Origin: a virus | Length of the DNA: 64,000 bases | Reading direction: 5' to 3' (one strand) | Virus record (IMG/VR): IMGVR_UViG_3300042904_000196 | Coordinates: 10,485 to 74,484 of that record | Part shown: positions 28,180 to 37,176 of the stretch, one piece after another | How the letters are laid out: each line of letters starts with the position of its first letter | Numbering within the stretch: the first letter of the stretch is position 1 | Program-made: the position numbers and the translations under genes | The notes under the pieces: generated by a model | What the model was told of the DNA's origin: nothing | What the model saw: only the letters and a program-made list of their open reading frames with translations | Databases searched by the model: none

Positions 28180-30534
28180 ATGTTCTATATCGACACTGAG
28201 ACATGTGGCTTGACTGGTCCATTAACTCTTTTACAATATGCTGAGAATGATTCCGAAATCAAATTGCATGATGCTTGGAAACAGCCTGTAGGCGATACCG
28301 TTGACCTCTTGGATGCTATTGCTAAGGAAGATGTTTGCGGGTTCAATCTAGCCTTCGATTGGTTCCAAATTAGTAAGCTTCGCAATATCTTCGATATGGT
28401 TCCAAGGGACTGGATACCTGAAGACCATATCGAGGAAATCGCTTTGCTTGAGCCCGAGGCCCGGACACGCTTATGTATAAAGCCTAAGCGTGCCCTAGAT
28501 TTGATGCTTGTTGCTCGTAAGGGCAAGTATCAATCGCTCATGGATCGCAAAGACATCCGTATCCGCAAAGTGCCAACTGTTTTAGCGTATAAGCTGGCCG
28601 AGGAACTTGAGAACCGTATTGAAATTGACGATGTCTACTTTTCACGTAGGAAGGATAAGTTCGCACCTAAGTGGAAAGTCTATGATATCGTTCGCAAGGG
28701 AATCATTGATCCTAATTTCAAAGACGTTGTTCTCAAATTCGCTGCCTCGGGCTCATTGAAGAATCTAGCTGTTCATGCTGGCATTGCTGATCCTAACTCG
28801 CTCTTGCGTTGGGGCGATGTTGGCTGTAAAGAATACCCTGTTGAATGTGGCTGGGCACCCTTTGCTTTGGCTATAGGAAAACCCGGCAACTGGAAAGGAG
28901 CATGGCCTGATGTTATCCGTAAGCATATTAGCTACTGGGCCTACAATCCCATCGGCCGCCGCTACGCCGAAGATGACGTTAAGAATACCCGCGGGCTCTA
29001 CTATCACCTCGATAAGCCTGAGCCGGGGGATAATGATTCGGAACTCGCCTGCATGGTCGGTGCTGTGCGGTGGCGAGGGTTCAAGATTAATCTTGAAGGC
29101 ATCAAAGAGCTTCGAGCCAACGCCTTCAAGAAATCCCGAACGGCCCCCAAAGATCCCCGACGTGTTTTAGACTACCTTACAGCCGTCATGGATGATACGG
29201 AACAGCTTGCCCTCTTAGGCAGGGATGGTAAAACGTCCACCAAAAAGCCTATGCTTGAGGCTATCTCAAGATGGGAAGATGATTCCGGAATCATTCACCC
29301 TGCCGCTGTAAGGGCCAAGGAGGTTTTGAATGCTCGCGGTGGTAAGAAAGAAGTTGAACTGTACGACAAGCTCTTACAAGCTGGTCGATTCCATGCCAGC
29401 TTCGTGGTGATTGGTGCATTGTCTGGTCGTATGTCCGGCTCCGATGGACTTAATCCTCAAGGAATTAACCATTCCAAAGAGGTTAGACGGATGTTCGACT
29501 TAGCCGACGATGATATGCAACTCAGTGGTGGTGACTTCGATTCGTTCGAGGTTGTTCTTGCGGAAGCCGTCTACCACGACGAAAATCTGCGTAAGGATCT
29601 TACTGAGTGGCACGTATGCGAAATGTGTAATGGCAACGGACATGTTGCACCCTACAAGAATAAAAAAGGTAAAGAGTCTACACTTTGCCCTGTTTGTTCC
29701 GAGGAAGGAAAACCCAATGAATATCTTGGTAAGTACCAGAAAAAGATTCACGCCCTTTTTGCTATGGAGCTATTCCCCGGCAAGACGTATCAGGATATCA
29801 TGCTTTCCAAGGGCTCAGATTTCGATATGTACACCAAGGGAAAACAAGGCGTGTTTTCCCAAATCTATGGCGGTGATGAAAACACCATCGAGCAAAAGCT
29901 TGGCGTGGACATTGAAGTCGCGAGGGGTGCTTGTCAACGTTTCCAAGCGAAGTACGAGGGTGTGCGAGTTGCCCGCCTTAGGATTTTCGATATGTTCTGT
30001 TCGATGCGACAGCCCAAGGGTTTGGGAACAGAAATCACTTGGCGTGAACCTTCAGACTATATCGAGTCGATAACCGGTTTCAAGAGGTACTTTACGCTTG
30101 AAAACAAAATCTGTCGGGCACTGTTTGATCTTAGTCAGAAACCTCCTAAGGAGTGGCGAAGCATTCCCTTGAAGGTGGTTCGCCGCGAAAAGATGCAAAC
30201 AGTTTCCGGTGCTTTGCAGAGTGCCCTTTATGGTGCTGCGTTCCAGATTCAGGCCGCGAACATGCGTGCAGGTGCCAACCATGAAATCCAAGCTTCAGGG
30301 GCTGCCATCACAAAGCATGTTCAACGCCGAGTCTGGGACCACCAGCCATATGGCACAGGTAAATGGCTTGTTGTGCCGTTCAATGTCCACGATGAAGTAT
30401 TGGCTCCTTGCCTTTCAAGCATCGCTGAAGACATTAAGCGGACTGTTAATGAAACTGTTGAATCTTATCGGGAAAAGGTTCCGCTCATCAAAATGGAGTG
30501 GAATACATCACTCCGAAATTGGGCGGACAAATAA
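28180..30534 (+). CDS. Family A DNA polymerase with 3'-5' exonuclease domain
   Basis: IDTET, GFNLAFD, SGRMSG, motif A DFDSFEV, motif B KQGVFSQIYG, motif C VHDEV. Confidence 0.93.
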   Translation: MFYIDTETCGLTGPLTLLQYAENDSEIKLHDAWKQPVGDTVDLLDAIAKEDVCGFNLAFDWFQISKLRNIFDMVPRDWIPEDHIEEIALLEPEARTRLCIKPKRALDLMLVARKGKYQSLMDRKDIRIRKVPTVLAYKLAEELENRIEIDDVYFSRRKDKFAPKWKVYDIVRKGIIDPNFKDVVLKFAASGSLKNLAVHAGIADPNSLLRWGDVGCKEYPVECGWAPFALAIGKPGNWKGAWPDVIRKHISYWAYNPIGRRYAEDDVKNTRGLYYHLDKPEPGDNDSELACMVGAVRWRGFKINLEGIKELRANAFKKSRTAPKDPRRVLDYLTAVMDDTEQLALLGRDGKTSTKKPMLEAISRWEDDSGIIHPAAVRAKEVLNARGGKKEVELYDKLLQAGRFHASFVVIGALSGRMSGSDGLNPQGINHSKEVRRMFDLADDDMQLSGGDFDSFEVVLAEAVYHDENLRKDLTEWHVCEMCNGNGHVAPYKNKKGKESTLCPVCSEEGKPNEYLGKYQKKIHALFAMELFPGKTYQDIMLSKGSDFDMYTKGKQGVFSQIYGGDENTIEQKLGVDIEVARGACQRFQAKYEGVRVARLRIFDMFCSMRQPKGLGTEITWREPSDYIESITGFKRYFTLENKICRALFDLSQKPPKEWRSIPLKVVRREKMQTVSGALQSALYGAAFQIQAANMRAGANHEIQASGAAITKHVQRRVWDHQPYGTGKWLVVPFNVHDEVLAPCLSSIAEDIKRTVNETVESYREKVPLIKMEWNTSLRNWADK

Positions 30535-30758
30535 TGGACCCGAACCAACTCAATATGCAAATGCTGACTGAACTGGTAAATACACTCTGTGTAGTGTCGT
30601 TAAATAGGTCTTTAACAACAAGAGAAGTAACGTTACGTAACCAAGCCAATGTGACGTTACAGAAATACTTCCGCGTGCTGGAGCTACATCTTGATGCAGC
30701 CCTTGAGCAGCTTACAAAAGACCCTCCACCAGAAAATCCTCAACCTCCGAAAGATTGA
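30534..30758 (+). CDS. Hypothetical protein
   Basis: TAATG-coupled to the polymerase. Confidence 0.55.
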   Translation: MDPNQLNMQMLTELVNTLCVVSLNRSLTTREVTLRNQANVTLQKYFRVLELHLDAALEQLTKDPPPENPQPPKD

Positions 30759-31014
30759 GTGGTTTGTGAAGGGTGAGATGTTTTCACGGGCTTATGTTGT
30801 TTCACCGGAAACGTTAACAAGCCTTGTGGAACAAGGTGACTTTAGGGCCTTGGAAAAGCTGTGCCGCGAGATTCTGAAAGACGACCTAGGTACAAAATCT
30901 AGGGATCATCTTTTGTTTCTCGCGGCACGTGCGTCGGTGCCCAACTATACTCGCTTGACGAAAGAAAAACTTATCGAAGCCATAAGGAGGTCGCGTGATA
31001 AAAGTAGCGGATAA
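30691..31014 (+). CDS. Hypothetical protein (C-terminal Rho-N-like helix pair); start uncertain
   Basis: VPNYTRLTKEKLIEAI. Confidence 0.45.
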   Translation: MMQPLSSLQKTLHQKILNLRKIEWFVKGEMFSRAYVVSPETLTSLVEQGDFRALEKLCREILKDDLGTKSRDHLLFLAARASVPNYTRLTKEKLIEAIRRSRDKSSG

Positions 31015-31396
31015 CAGGAAAGTATTACGGAGTCAAATCACTGAAATCATGGCTGAGTACAAGCCGATCCTCATGGTTGCAGGCGTCGTTGAAAGTGCCG
31101 CTACAATCTTAGAGAAGAAATACGAAGAAAAGATTCCGGAATCATTTTTCTTGGATGCCTTGAAATATTTGACCAAGATACGCCCTACCATTCTTGAAAT
31201 GAAGCGTATCTATGAACTGTGTCCACCAAGGTTTTGGACAGGTATGAAAGTTCTCGGAATCACTAATCACCGAGAACAGATTCTTTACCGTAAGCAAGCC
31301 TCGCTCTTACAGAGAACGTGGTCGCTTAGGCCGATTCTTTTGAAACGCAAACAGGTACCACTACCCAAACCTAAAAAGGATGAAGATGTCGAGTAA
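30995..31396 (+). CDS. Hypothetical protein
   Basis: AAGGAGG RBS before GTG. Confidence 0.6.
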   Translation: MIKVADNRKVLRSQITEIMAEYKPILMVAGVVESAATILEKKYEEKIPESFFLDALKYLTKIRPTILEMKRIYELCPPRFWTGMKVLGITNHREQILYRKQASLLQRTWSLRPILLKRKQVPLPKPKKDEDVE

Positions 31397-31709
31397 AGAG
31401 GTTCTTAACCGTCAGATTCAGGAAACGCAAGGTGTTATGGCCCGCCTGCTGGCGGATACCACAAACATTGGGCGAGCACACAATCAGCTTGTAACGGTTG
31501 TGCAACAGATGGTGCACATGGTTAACACGATGAATGATGCTGTAATCATTCTGAAGAAAAAGGGTCTTATCAATGACGACGACATCCGTGAAATCCGTTC
31601 TCCCAAACCAGAAAGCCCTGAACCAAATGTTCAACCGGCACAAGCTCAGCCTGAGGGAGTGGAAGCACAAAGTGCTGATCGAGGTGCAAAACAAATCGTA
31701 CTATCGTGA
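31380..31709 (+). CDS. Hypothetical coiled-coil protein
   Basis: Overlapping ORF in the operon. Confidence 0.55.
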   Translation: MKMSSKEVLNRQIQETQGVMARLLADTTNIGRAHNQLVTVVQQMVHMVNTMNDAVIILKKKGLINDDDIREIRSPKPESPEPNVQPAQAQPEGVEAQSADRGAKQIVLS

Positions 31710-31792
31710 AGCAGCCATCCTTGCCATTAAGGAAGGTGATATTGAGTATGCCATTAGATGCCTCGGGCTTCTCACGTTAATGGAGGATCAGA

Positions 31793-32161
31793 ATGGAACC
31801 ATTTAAGCCTCGCCATGGTGGAGGTAATGGTCCCGAGAGCATCATAGAGGCTCAGATACGGGACATGCTCCATCGCCGGGGTTGGCACACCGAGAAGCTG
31901 CACGGTAATAAGTACCAGCACGGGTTGCCTGATTTGCTCTGTGGTGCCAAAGGCCACGGATTACGTTTGATTGAAGTGAAAGACCCGAGACGTAAGGGTG
32001 AACCGTTTACGAAAGCACAGTTAGCTAAGTTCCCTAAGCTAAGTGCCCACGGTTTGCCAATACACGTTTTGACGGGTGCTTCAGATGATGATTATGCAAA
32101 ATTGATGTCGCCAGAAAACTGGTACCACTTCCTAGCCGTTATGCGAGGTAGGTTTCTTTGA
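31793..32161 (+). CDS. VRR-NUC/PD-(D/E)XK nuclease (Holliday junction resolvase-like)
   Basis: ESIIE...GLPDLL...LIEVK...Q. Confidence 0.8.
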   Translation: MEPFKPRHGGGNGPESIIEAQIRDMLHRRGWHTEKLHGNKYQHGLPDLLCGAKGHGLRLIEVKDPRRKGEPFTKAQLAKFPKLSAHGLPIHVLTGASDDDYAKLMSPENWYHFLAVMRGRFL

Positions 32162-34110
32162 GTATAAATTGGTCGTTTGTTGAAGATTATCGTAATCGCA
32201 GCGTACCGTTCGGGGCTGTAGGTTATATCACATATAAGCGAACTTACGCTCGTATGACTGATTCCGGAATCACTGAAGAGTGGTGGCAGACCATCTACAG
32301 GTGCTTGAGAGGGCTTGTGGATGATCTGGACATGTACGTCACACAGGAAGACGTTGAGGAAATGTTCTACTACGTTTTCAACCTGAAGCTTTGCTTCTCA
32401 GGTAGAGCATTGTGGCAACTTGGAACAGAAACCGTTCGCAAGGTTGGTGCCGATAGCCTCCAGAATTGTTGGCTGGTGCCGATCAATGAACCCATCAGGC
32501 CATTTACGTTCACCATGAATCAGCTTATGCTGGGTGGTGGTGTCGGTTTCAATATGACACCTGAGATGGTGTACAGCTTGCCTGTTATACGTTTTGATCC
32601 TGAAATCAAACGTGTCGATGAGGCTGACGTTGATTTCATTGTTCCCGATAACCGCGAAGGCTGGGTTAAGCTTTTGCATATGACGCTTGATGCTCACTAT
32701 AACACGGGCAAAGGCTTCACGTACAGTACGATATGTGTCCGCCCCAAAGGGCAACGTATAAGCGGCTTTGGAGGTGTTGCGAGTGGCCCGGAAGAACTTG
32801 TCAAAGGTATCCATAACATCTCTGCGATCCTTTCTAATCGCCAGAATGAGAAGCTACGACCCATCGATGCGTTGGACATCCAGAACATCATCGGTGGAAT
32901 CGTCGTCGCAGGAAATGTCCGGCGATCAGCCGAAATCGCCATCGGATCACCGCAGGATACTGCGTTCCTGAACTCGAAGGCATGGGGCCGGAAAGGTATG
33001 CGAGTACCTAACTGGCGAGCCATGAGCAATAATACAGTTTCGACCGACGACCTCCGGGAGCTACCTCCAATATTCTGGGAAAATTACACCGAACGTGATG
33101 CCAAAGGTGACAGTGTTTCGGAGTGCTTCGGGTTATTCAATCAATACAACGCTCGACGCTACGGGCGGATCATAGACGGGGAGGATTATCGCCCCGATCC
33201 TAGGGTCATTGGTATGAACCCCTGCGGTGAAATTACTCTTGAGGCATATGAGGCTTGTAATCTTGCAGAGATTTTCTTGCCCAACATTGCCAACGAGGAA
33301 GAATTCACCGCGGCTGCCCGGTTGTGCCTTATGTTCACGAAGACCATCAGCAAATATCCCTTTTCTGATTCCAGAGTCAATGAGGTCGTTTCCAATAACC
33401 ATCGGCTCGGTATCAGTGTTACAGGCTTTTTGCAGGCCATGCACCTGAAGAATGAAACCATCTTCAATAATGTGTATCGTTCTCTCGAAGAGTTCGACGA
33501 AACATATAGCCGACAGATCGGTGTTAAGCGTTCCATCAAAATGACCACCGTTAAGCCTTCAGGCACGCTTAGCCTGTTGCCGGGTGTAACGCCCGGAGTG
33601 CATCCCGCATTCGCTAAGCACTACATTCGGCGTATCCGGTTTGCTTCGGATGATCCTTTGGTAGCCATGTGCGAGTCGCACGGGTTCCCGGCTGAACCAG
33701 CCATTAACTACGATGGTTCTAAGGATTGGACCACCATGGTTGTTTCGTTCGTGGATAAGTCGCCCGCACTAACGGCCCATGAAATTAGTGCCGTGAAACA
33801 GCTTGAGTACCAGAAGTGGCTACAGACGTATTGGGCCGATAACAGTGTTTCCTGTACGGTCTACTTCAAGGATGAGGAATTGCCGGCAATTAGACACTGG
33901 CTGGGCAAGAACTATAACGAGAACATGAAATCCACCTCCATGCTTCGGCACACAGGCCATGGATTCGTTCAAGCACCGTATGAAGAAATCACCGAAGACA
34001 CTTACAACGGTATTAAGGCGGCCACGAAGCCGATCACACGGATCATCGATACGAAACTCCGTGACCTGAATATGGTTGAGTGTGCTGGCGGTGCGTGTCC
34101 TATCAAGTAA
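32158..34110 (+). CDS. nrdJ: Class II (adenosylcobalamin-dependent) ribonucleotide reductase
   Basis: LQNC, GGGVG, GNVRRSA, NPCGE...ACNL, VKPSGT, DNSVSCT, C-terminal ECAGGACPIK. Confidence 0.93.
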   Translation: MSINWSFVEDYRNRSVPFGAVGYITYKRTYARMTDSGITEEWWQTIYRCLRGLVDDLDMYVTQEDVEEMFYYVFNLKLCFSGRALWQLGTETVRKVGADSLQNCWLVPINEPIRPFTFTMNQLMLGGGVGFNMTPEMVYSLPVIRFDPEIKRVDEADVDFIVPDNREGWVKLLHMTLDAHYNTGKGFTYSTICVRPKGQRISGFGGVASGPEELVKGIHNISAILSNRQNEKLRPIDALDIQNIIGGIVVAGNVRRSAEIAIGSPQDTAFLNSKAWGRKGMRVPNWRAMSNNTVSTDDLRELPPIFWENYTERDAKGDSVSECFGLFNQYNARRYGRIIDGEDYRPDPRVIGMNPCGEITLEAYEACNLAEIFLPNIANEEEFTAAARLCLMFTKTISKYPFSDSRVNEVVSNNHRLGISVTGFLQAMHLKNETIFNNVYRSLEEFDETYSRQIGVKRSIKMTTVKPSGTLSLLPGVTPGVHPAFAKHYIRRIRFASDDPLVAMCESHGFPAEPAINYDGSKDWTTMVVSFVDKSPALTAHEISAVKQLEYQKWLQTYWADNSVSCTVYFKDEELPAIRHWLGKNYNENMKSTSMLRHTGHGFVQAPYEEITEDTYNGIKAATKPITRIIDTKLRDLNMVECAGGACPIK

Positions 34111-34116
34111 CCCTGC

Positions 34117-34152
34117 GGGCCATCTGATTCCGGAATCAGGTGGCCCTTTTTT
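34117..34152 (+). terminator. Intrinsic terminator built around the palindrome
   Basis: GGGCCATCTGATTCC/GGAATCAGGTGGCCC followed by TTTTTT. Confidence 0.8.
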
Positions 34153-34164
34153 CTGGAGAAATAC

Positions 34165-34806
34165 ATGCGTGTAGTAACGGGATGCAACCACAAGCTTGAA
34201 TGGCTGCTCGATCCATGGATATTCTTTTTTAGGAAGTTCAACCCAACCATGCCTTTTACATTTGCTGACTTTGGCCTCACCATTGAAGGAAAGGAAAAGG
34301 TCGAGGCAGCGGGTGGCGTTATCGTGAATCCCGGTGCCCCTAAGGGTACCCACGTGTATGACCTGCTTATGCTGAAGCCTGTAGCCATGCTTATGATACC
34401 GGGTGATAGTGGCCTGTGGCTGGACATTGATGCACAGGTCCATGGGGACGTTAGTGCTTATGACAAGTTCAAGTTTGCTGCACAACTCAACACAGGCACG
34501 TGGAACAGCGGCATATTCAAGTACGTTAAGCATCCCGTGATGGATCTGTGGGCAAACCTTAACCGTAAGGATGGTGAGCACGATGAGCATGTCTTCCTCC
34601 GAGCAACCAAGCAGCACCCCGTGTACGTGCACAGACTTAACTGGCGATGGGCGGGTAATTGGAAGAACATCCACCGAAATGGATCGCTTTGCACGCATTG
34701 GCTCGGCAAATCAGGGAAGCTGTACTTCCGAAAGCTATATGATTCAGCCAAACAGGTGGTCGTGTATGCCGACAGCCCTAGCGATCCTACTGGGTTCAAC
34801 ATTTGA
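34165..34806 (+). CDS. GT-A fold glycosyltransferase-like protein
   Basis: LKP...WLDIDA (DxD), WNSG, DEHVF, LNW, HWLG. Confidence 0.65.
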   Translation: MRVVTGCNHKLEWLLDPWIFFFRKFNPTMPFTFADFGLTIEGKEKVEAAGGVIVNPGAPKGTHVYDLLMLKPVAMLMIPGDSGLWLDIDAQVHGDVSAYDKFKFAAQLNTGTWNSGIFKYVKHPVMDLWANLNRKDGEHDEHVFLRATKQHPVYVHRLNWRWAGNWKNIHRNGSLCTHWLGKSGKLYFRKLYDSAKQVVVYADSPSDPTGFNI

Positions 34807-35179
34807 TTCCGTAATCAAAGCTATCGGGCATGATGGTTCCGATATCGTCCAACCTGAACTGCCTGAGCCTGATGGCAGGCGTGGCTTCCACCCCCAAGAG
34901 CTGATTAAGGCTGCCTACGATCATGGGTTCCACATGGTATGGGTTGAAGCCCAGCCAATATTCTTTCATGGTGGAAAGCTGATGCCGGTTAAGGTAGACC
35001 ACCTGCATAGAGTGTTTGATAAGACCCGCGGAATCGTGCTCGCTATCCGTGACGGTAAGCGTCACGCCTTTGCCAAGATTGATTCTCGAATCATTAACCC
35101 CACATTTGGGAAGGTCTGGTCGCTTCACGACTGGACCATCGAACACTATCTGTATATGATTCCCGGCATCAAAACGTGA
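34739..35179 (+). CDS. Papain-like (C39-type) cysteine peptidase-like protein
   Basis: MIQPNRWSCMPTALAILL (Q...C) and a downstream HAFA...INP. Confidence 0.5.
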   Translation: MIQPNRWSCMPTALAILLGSTFDSVIKAIGHDGSDIVQPELPEPDGRRGFHPQELIKAAYDHGFHMVWVEAQPIFFHGGKLMPVKVDHLHRVFDKTRGIVLAIRDGKRHAFAKIDSRIINPTFGKVWSLHDWTIEHYLYMIPGIKT

Positions 35180-35229
35180 TTTTGCGGAATCGAATCAAAT
35201 TCGACCATCAAAATATTTTGGAAAGTGAC

Positions 35230-35258
35230 TTGCGAAACCATATAGAAGGTGGTAACCT
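35230..35258 (+). promoter_or_regulatory. Sigma70-type promoter
   Basis: TTGCGA, 17-nt spacer, TAACCT with TG extension. Confidence 0.5.
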
Positions 35259-35338
35259 ACTGGTGGGGAACGGAGCGGTGATTCGGGAATCAAATTTGAT
35301 TCGATTCCTGAGTTATTCGTTTTGATTCCCGGCATCAA

Positions 35339-35353
35339 TGTTCTTTGACAATT
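35339..35353 (+). promoter_or_regulatory. boxA-like antitermination element
   Basis: TGTTCTTTGACAATT resembles rrn boxA TGCTCTTTAACA. Confidence 0.5.
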
Positions 35354-35359
35354 GAGAGT

Positions 35360-35860
35360 AAGATTGGAACCGAAACCTAGCCTAGGCTAGGATAGGGAAG
35401 TCCCCCATACCTGTGATATGGTGGTAGAATGAGAATGAAAATCGCCGTGACCCGCAAGGTTGATTCCGGAATCATACCGTCGTGATGACGTTAATGAAGT
35501 CTGGAAAAGATACGGTTTGAAGTCATAAGTGCACCATGCAGTGATTGCTGGGAAGCACGCCAGATGGATAACACGTGGTAGCGAAAAGTAAAATGCTTCT
35601 ATCGAGCCCTTGCACAGGATTGGAACAGGGATGCAACCTGATTCCGGAATCAACGTTAGTAACAGGTTTCAATCGAGTAACTAATCAAACGTGAAGTAAA
35701 GCGGTGTGACATGGCTTAACGAGCCCCCGGCAAACGCTGCACCCCGAAGGGTGGCACATTGTGATACACGTTTGGCTACCAAGGTAATGAGTAGCCTGAA
35801 GATGATGTTACGTTGTGAGCAACCCGTTGGGTTGTGTGTGGTTTGCAACCACAGATCGCA
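35360..35860 (+). ncRNA. Large structured ncRNA, ROOL-like (boundaries approximate)
   Basis: About 600-nt gap in a gene-dense genome with many hairpins; segments AATGAGAATGAAAATCGCCGTGACCCGCAAGGTTG, TCGTGATGACGTTAATGAAG, ATAAGTGCACCATGC and ATAACACGTG resemble ROOL as recalled from memory. Confidence 0.55.
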
Positions 35861-35882
35861 GAATTTGATTCGCAGAATCAAA

Positions 35883-35950
35883 GAGCACGTAGTTCTCGGA
35901 GATAACTCCCCTAACGGGGAACGGTGCGGGTTCGACTCCCGCCGTGTTCT
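35883..35950 (+). tRNA. tRNA-like element lacking a canonical anticodon loop
   Basis: Acceptor GAGCACG/CGTGTTC, T-arm GCGGG-TTCGACT-CCCGC, D stem GTT/AAC; anticodon arm TCCCC-TAAC-GGGGA has a 4-nt loop. Confidence 0.6.
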
Positions 35951-35976
35951 TTTCCCTCTTTTTAATGGAGATTATT

Positions 35977-36174
35977 ATGCTTAAGCAATGTCCGGTATGT
36001 AAGGAACTAGTGTCCTACCTCCAGCCGATCCATGATGCTCGTGGCATCTACGTTGACTGCACATGCGGTAGTGAGGCGTGTGAGAAGGCGATCATGTCCA
36101 AATACCGTTCAGATATTTTCATTGATGCCAACTATGAAACAGACGAACAGATAGACGAAGACCGACCCTTTTAA
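35977..36174 (+). CDS. Small Zn-finger-like protein
   Basis: GGAG RBS; CPVC...CTCG...C. Confidence 0.6.
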   Translation: MLKQCPVCKELVSYLQPIHDARGIYVDCTCGSEACEKAIMSKYRSDIFIDANYETDEQIDEDRPF

Positions 36175-36183
36175 GGAGTCCAC

Positions 36184-37053
36184 ATGTATTTGATGGAACC
36201 GTATGATGATGCCCTTGCTAAGATTCTTACTGAAGGAGTAATAACACCCACCAGAGCCGGACCGACACTTATGATTCCGGGAATCAGTTGCACCTATGAC
36301 CTAAGCACGGGTCACCTGCCGTTGCTAACGGGCCGGAAGATGTTTCCCAAGTCAGTGTTCGCGGAACTGCTTTGGTTCCTCTCGGGCAGCACCATGAATC
36401 AGGCCCTTGAAGCCTTGGGCTGCAAGTTTTGGGGCCGGTGGTGCAACGAAGAGGACCCACGGTACATTGCCTTATGTAAGAGGTACGGGTATCCCAACGG
36501 CGACTTTGGCCCCATCTACGGGTTTCAGTTGCGTCACTTCGGTGCCACGTATGTCAACGGTTTGAGCAACTACCACGGGCAAGGCTTCGACCAGTTGATC
36601 TACATGCTGGACCTCCTTGAACATGATCCGCATAGTAGGCGGAACCTGTTCAGCTTGTGGAATCCCGCACAGTTACCCATGATGGCGTTGCCGCCGTGCC
36701 ACTACACCTATCAGGTGTTGGTGGACGGGAACAAGACCTTGCATGGTGTGCTGACGCAACGCAGTTGTGACTTCCCGGTGGGTGTGCCTGCTAATGTGCA
36801 GTTCTATAGCACCTTGACACGCCTCTTTGCCCGCCATGTTGGGTACAAGGTTGGCACCTTCACCCACAACACCGTGGATGCTCACATTTACGTGAATCAG
36901 GTGGACGCCGTGGAAGAGTACCTTGCAAGGCCCAAGCCCGGTTCGCCGTTCTTTGACCTTGGCAATGATAAGTTCTTCGGTACGACCATGGACAATTTTC
37001 AGGTGTTTGACTACAACCCCGAACCCGTCATTGTGATGCCGGTATCAATTTGA
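36184..37053 (+). CDS. thyA: Thymidylate synthase
   Basis: ELLWFLSG, GPIYGFQLR, MALPPCH, QRSCD, DAHIY. Confidence 0.95.
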   Translation: MYLMEPYDDALAKILTEGVITPTRAGPTLMIPGISCTYDLSTGHLPLLTGRKMFPKSVFAELLWFLSGSTMNQALEALGCKFWGRWCNEEDPRYIALCKRYGYPNGDFGPIYGFQLRHFGATYVNGLSNYHGQGFDQLIYMLDLLEHDPHSRRNLFSLWNPAQLPMMALPPCHYTYQVLVDGNKTLHGVLTQRSCDFPVGVPANVQFYSTLTRLFARHVGYKVGTFTHNTVDAHIYVNQVDAVEEYLARPKPGSPFFDLGNDKFFGTTMDNFQVFDYNPEPVIVMPVSI

Positions 37054-37176
37054 ACCAGTCAGAGGGAACGACGCGCCCCCGTTAGGGCCGGGTAGAAAAC
37101 GTCCCGGGTAATAGAGAGATGCGGGCCCTCTGACCTTTTTTACTGTCTTTTTACTGTTTCTTTTTAAGGAGTGACC

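Noticed and set aside
35883-35950. Functional suppressor tRNA (CTA/TAA) or alternative genetic code
   Set aside because: No 7-nt anticodon loop with U33 can be formed on a proper stem, and genes read intact in the standard code
35387-35984. Short ORFs (35387-35653 -, 35681-35881 -, 35706-35984 +)
   Set aside because: No RBS or motifs; they overlap hairpins and the tRNA-like element, so the region is better explained as ncRNA
37058-37134. Twister or hammerhead ribozyme
   Set aside because: Conserved catalytic core nucleotides not found; kept only as an unclassified structure
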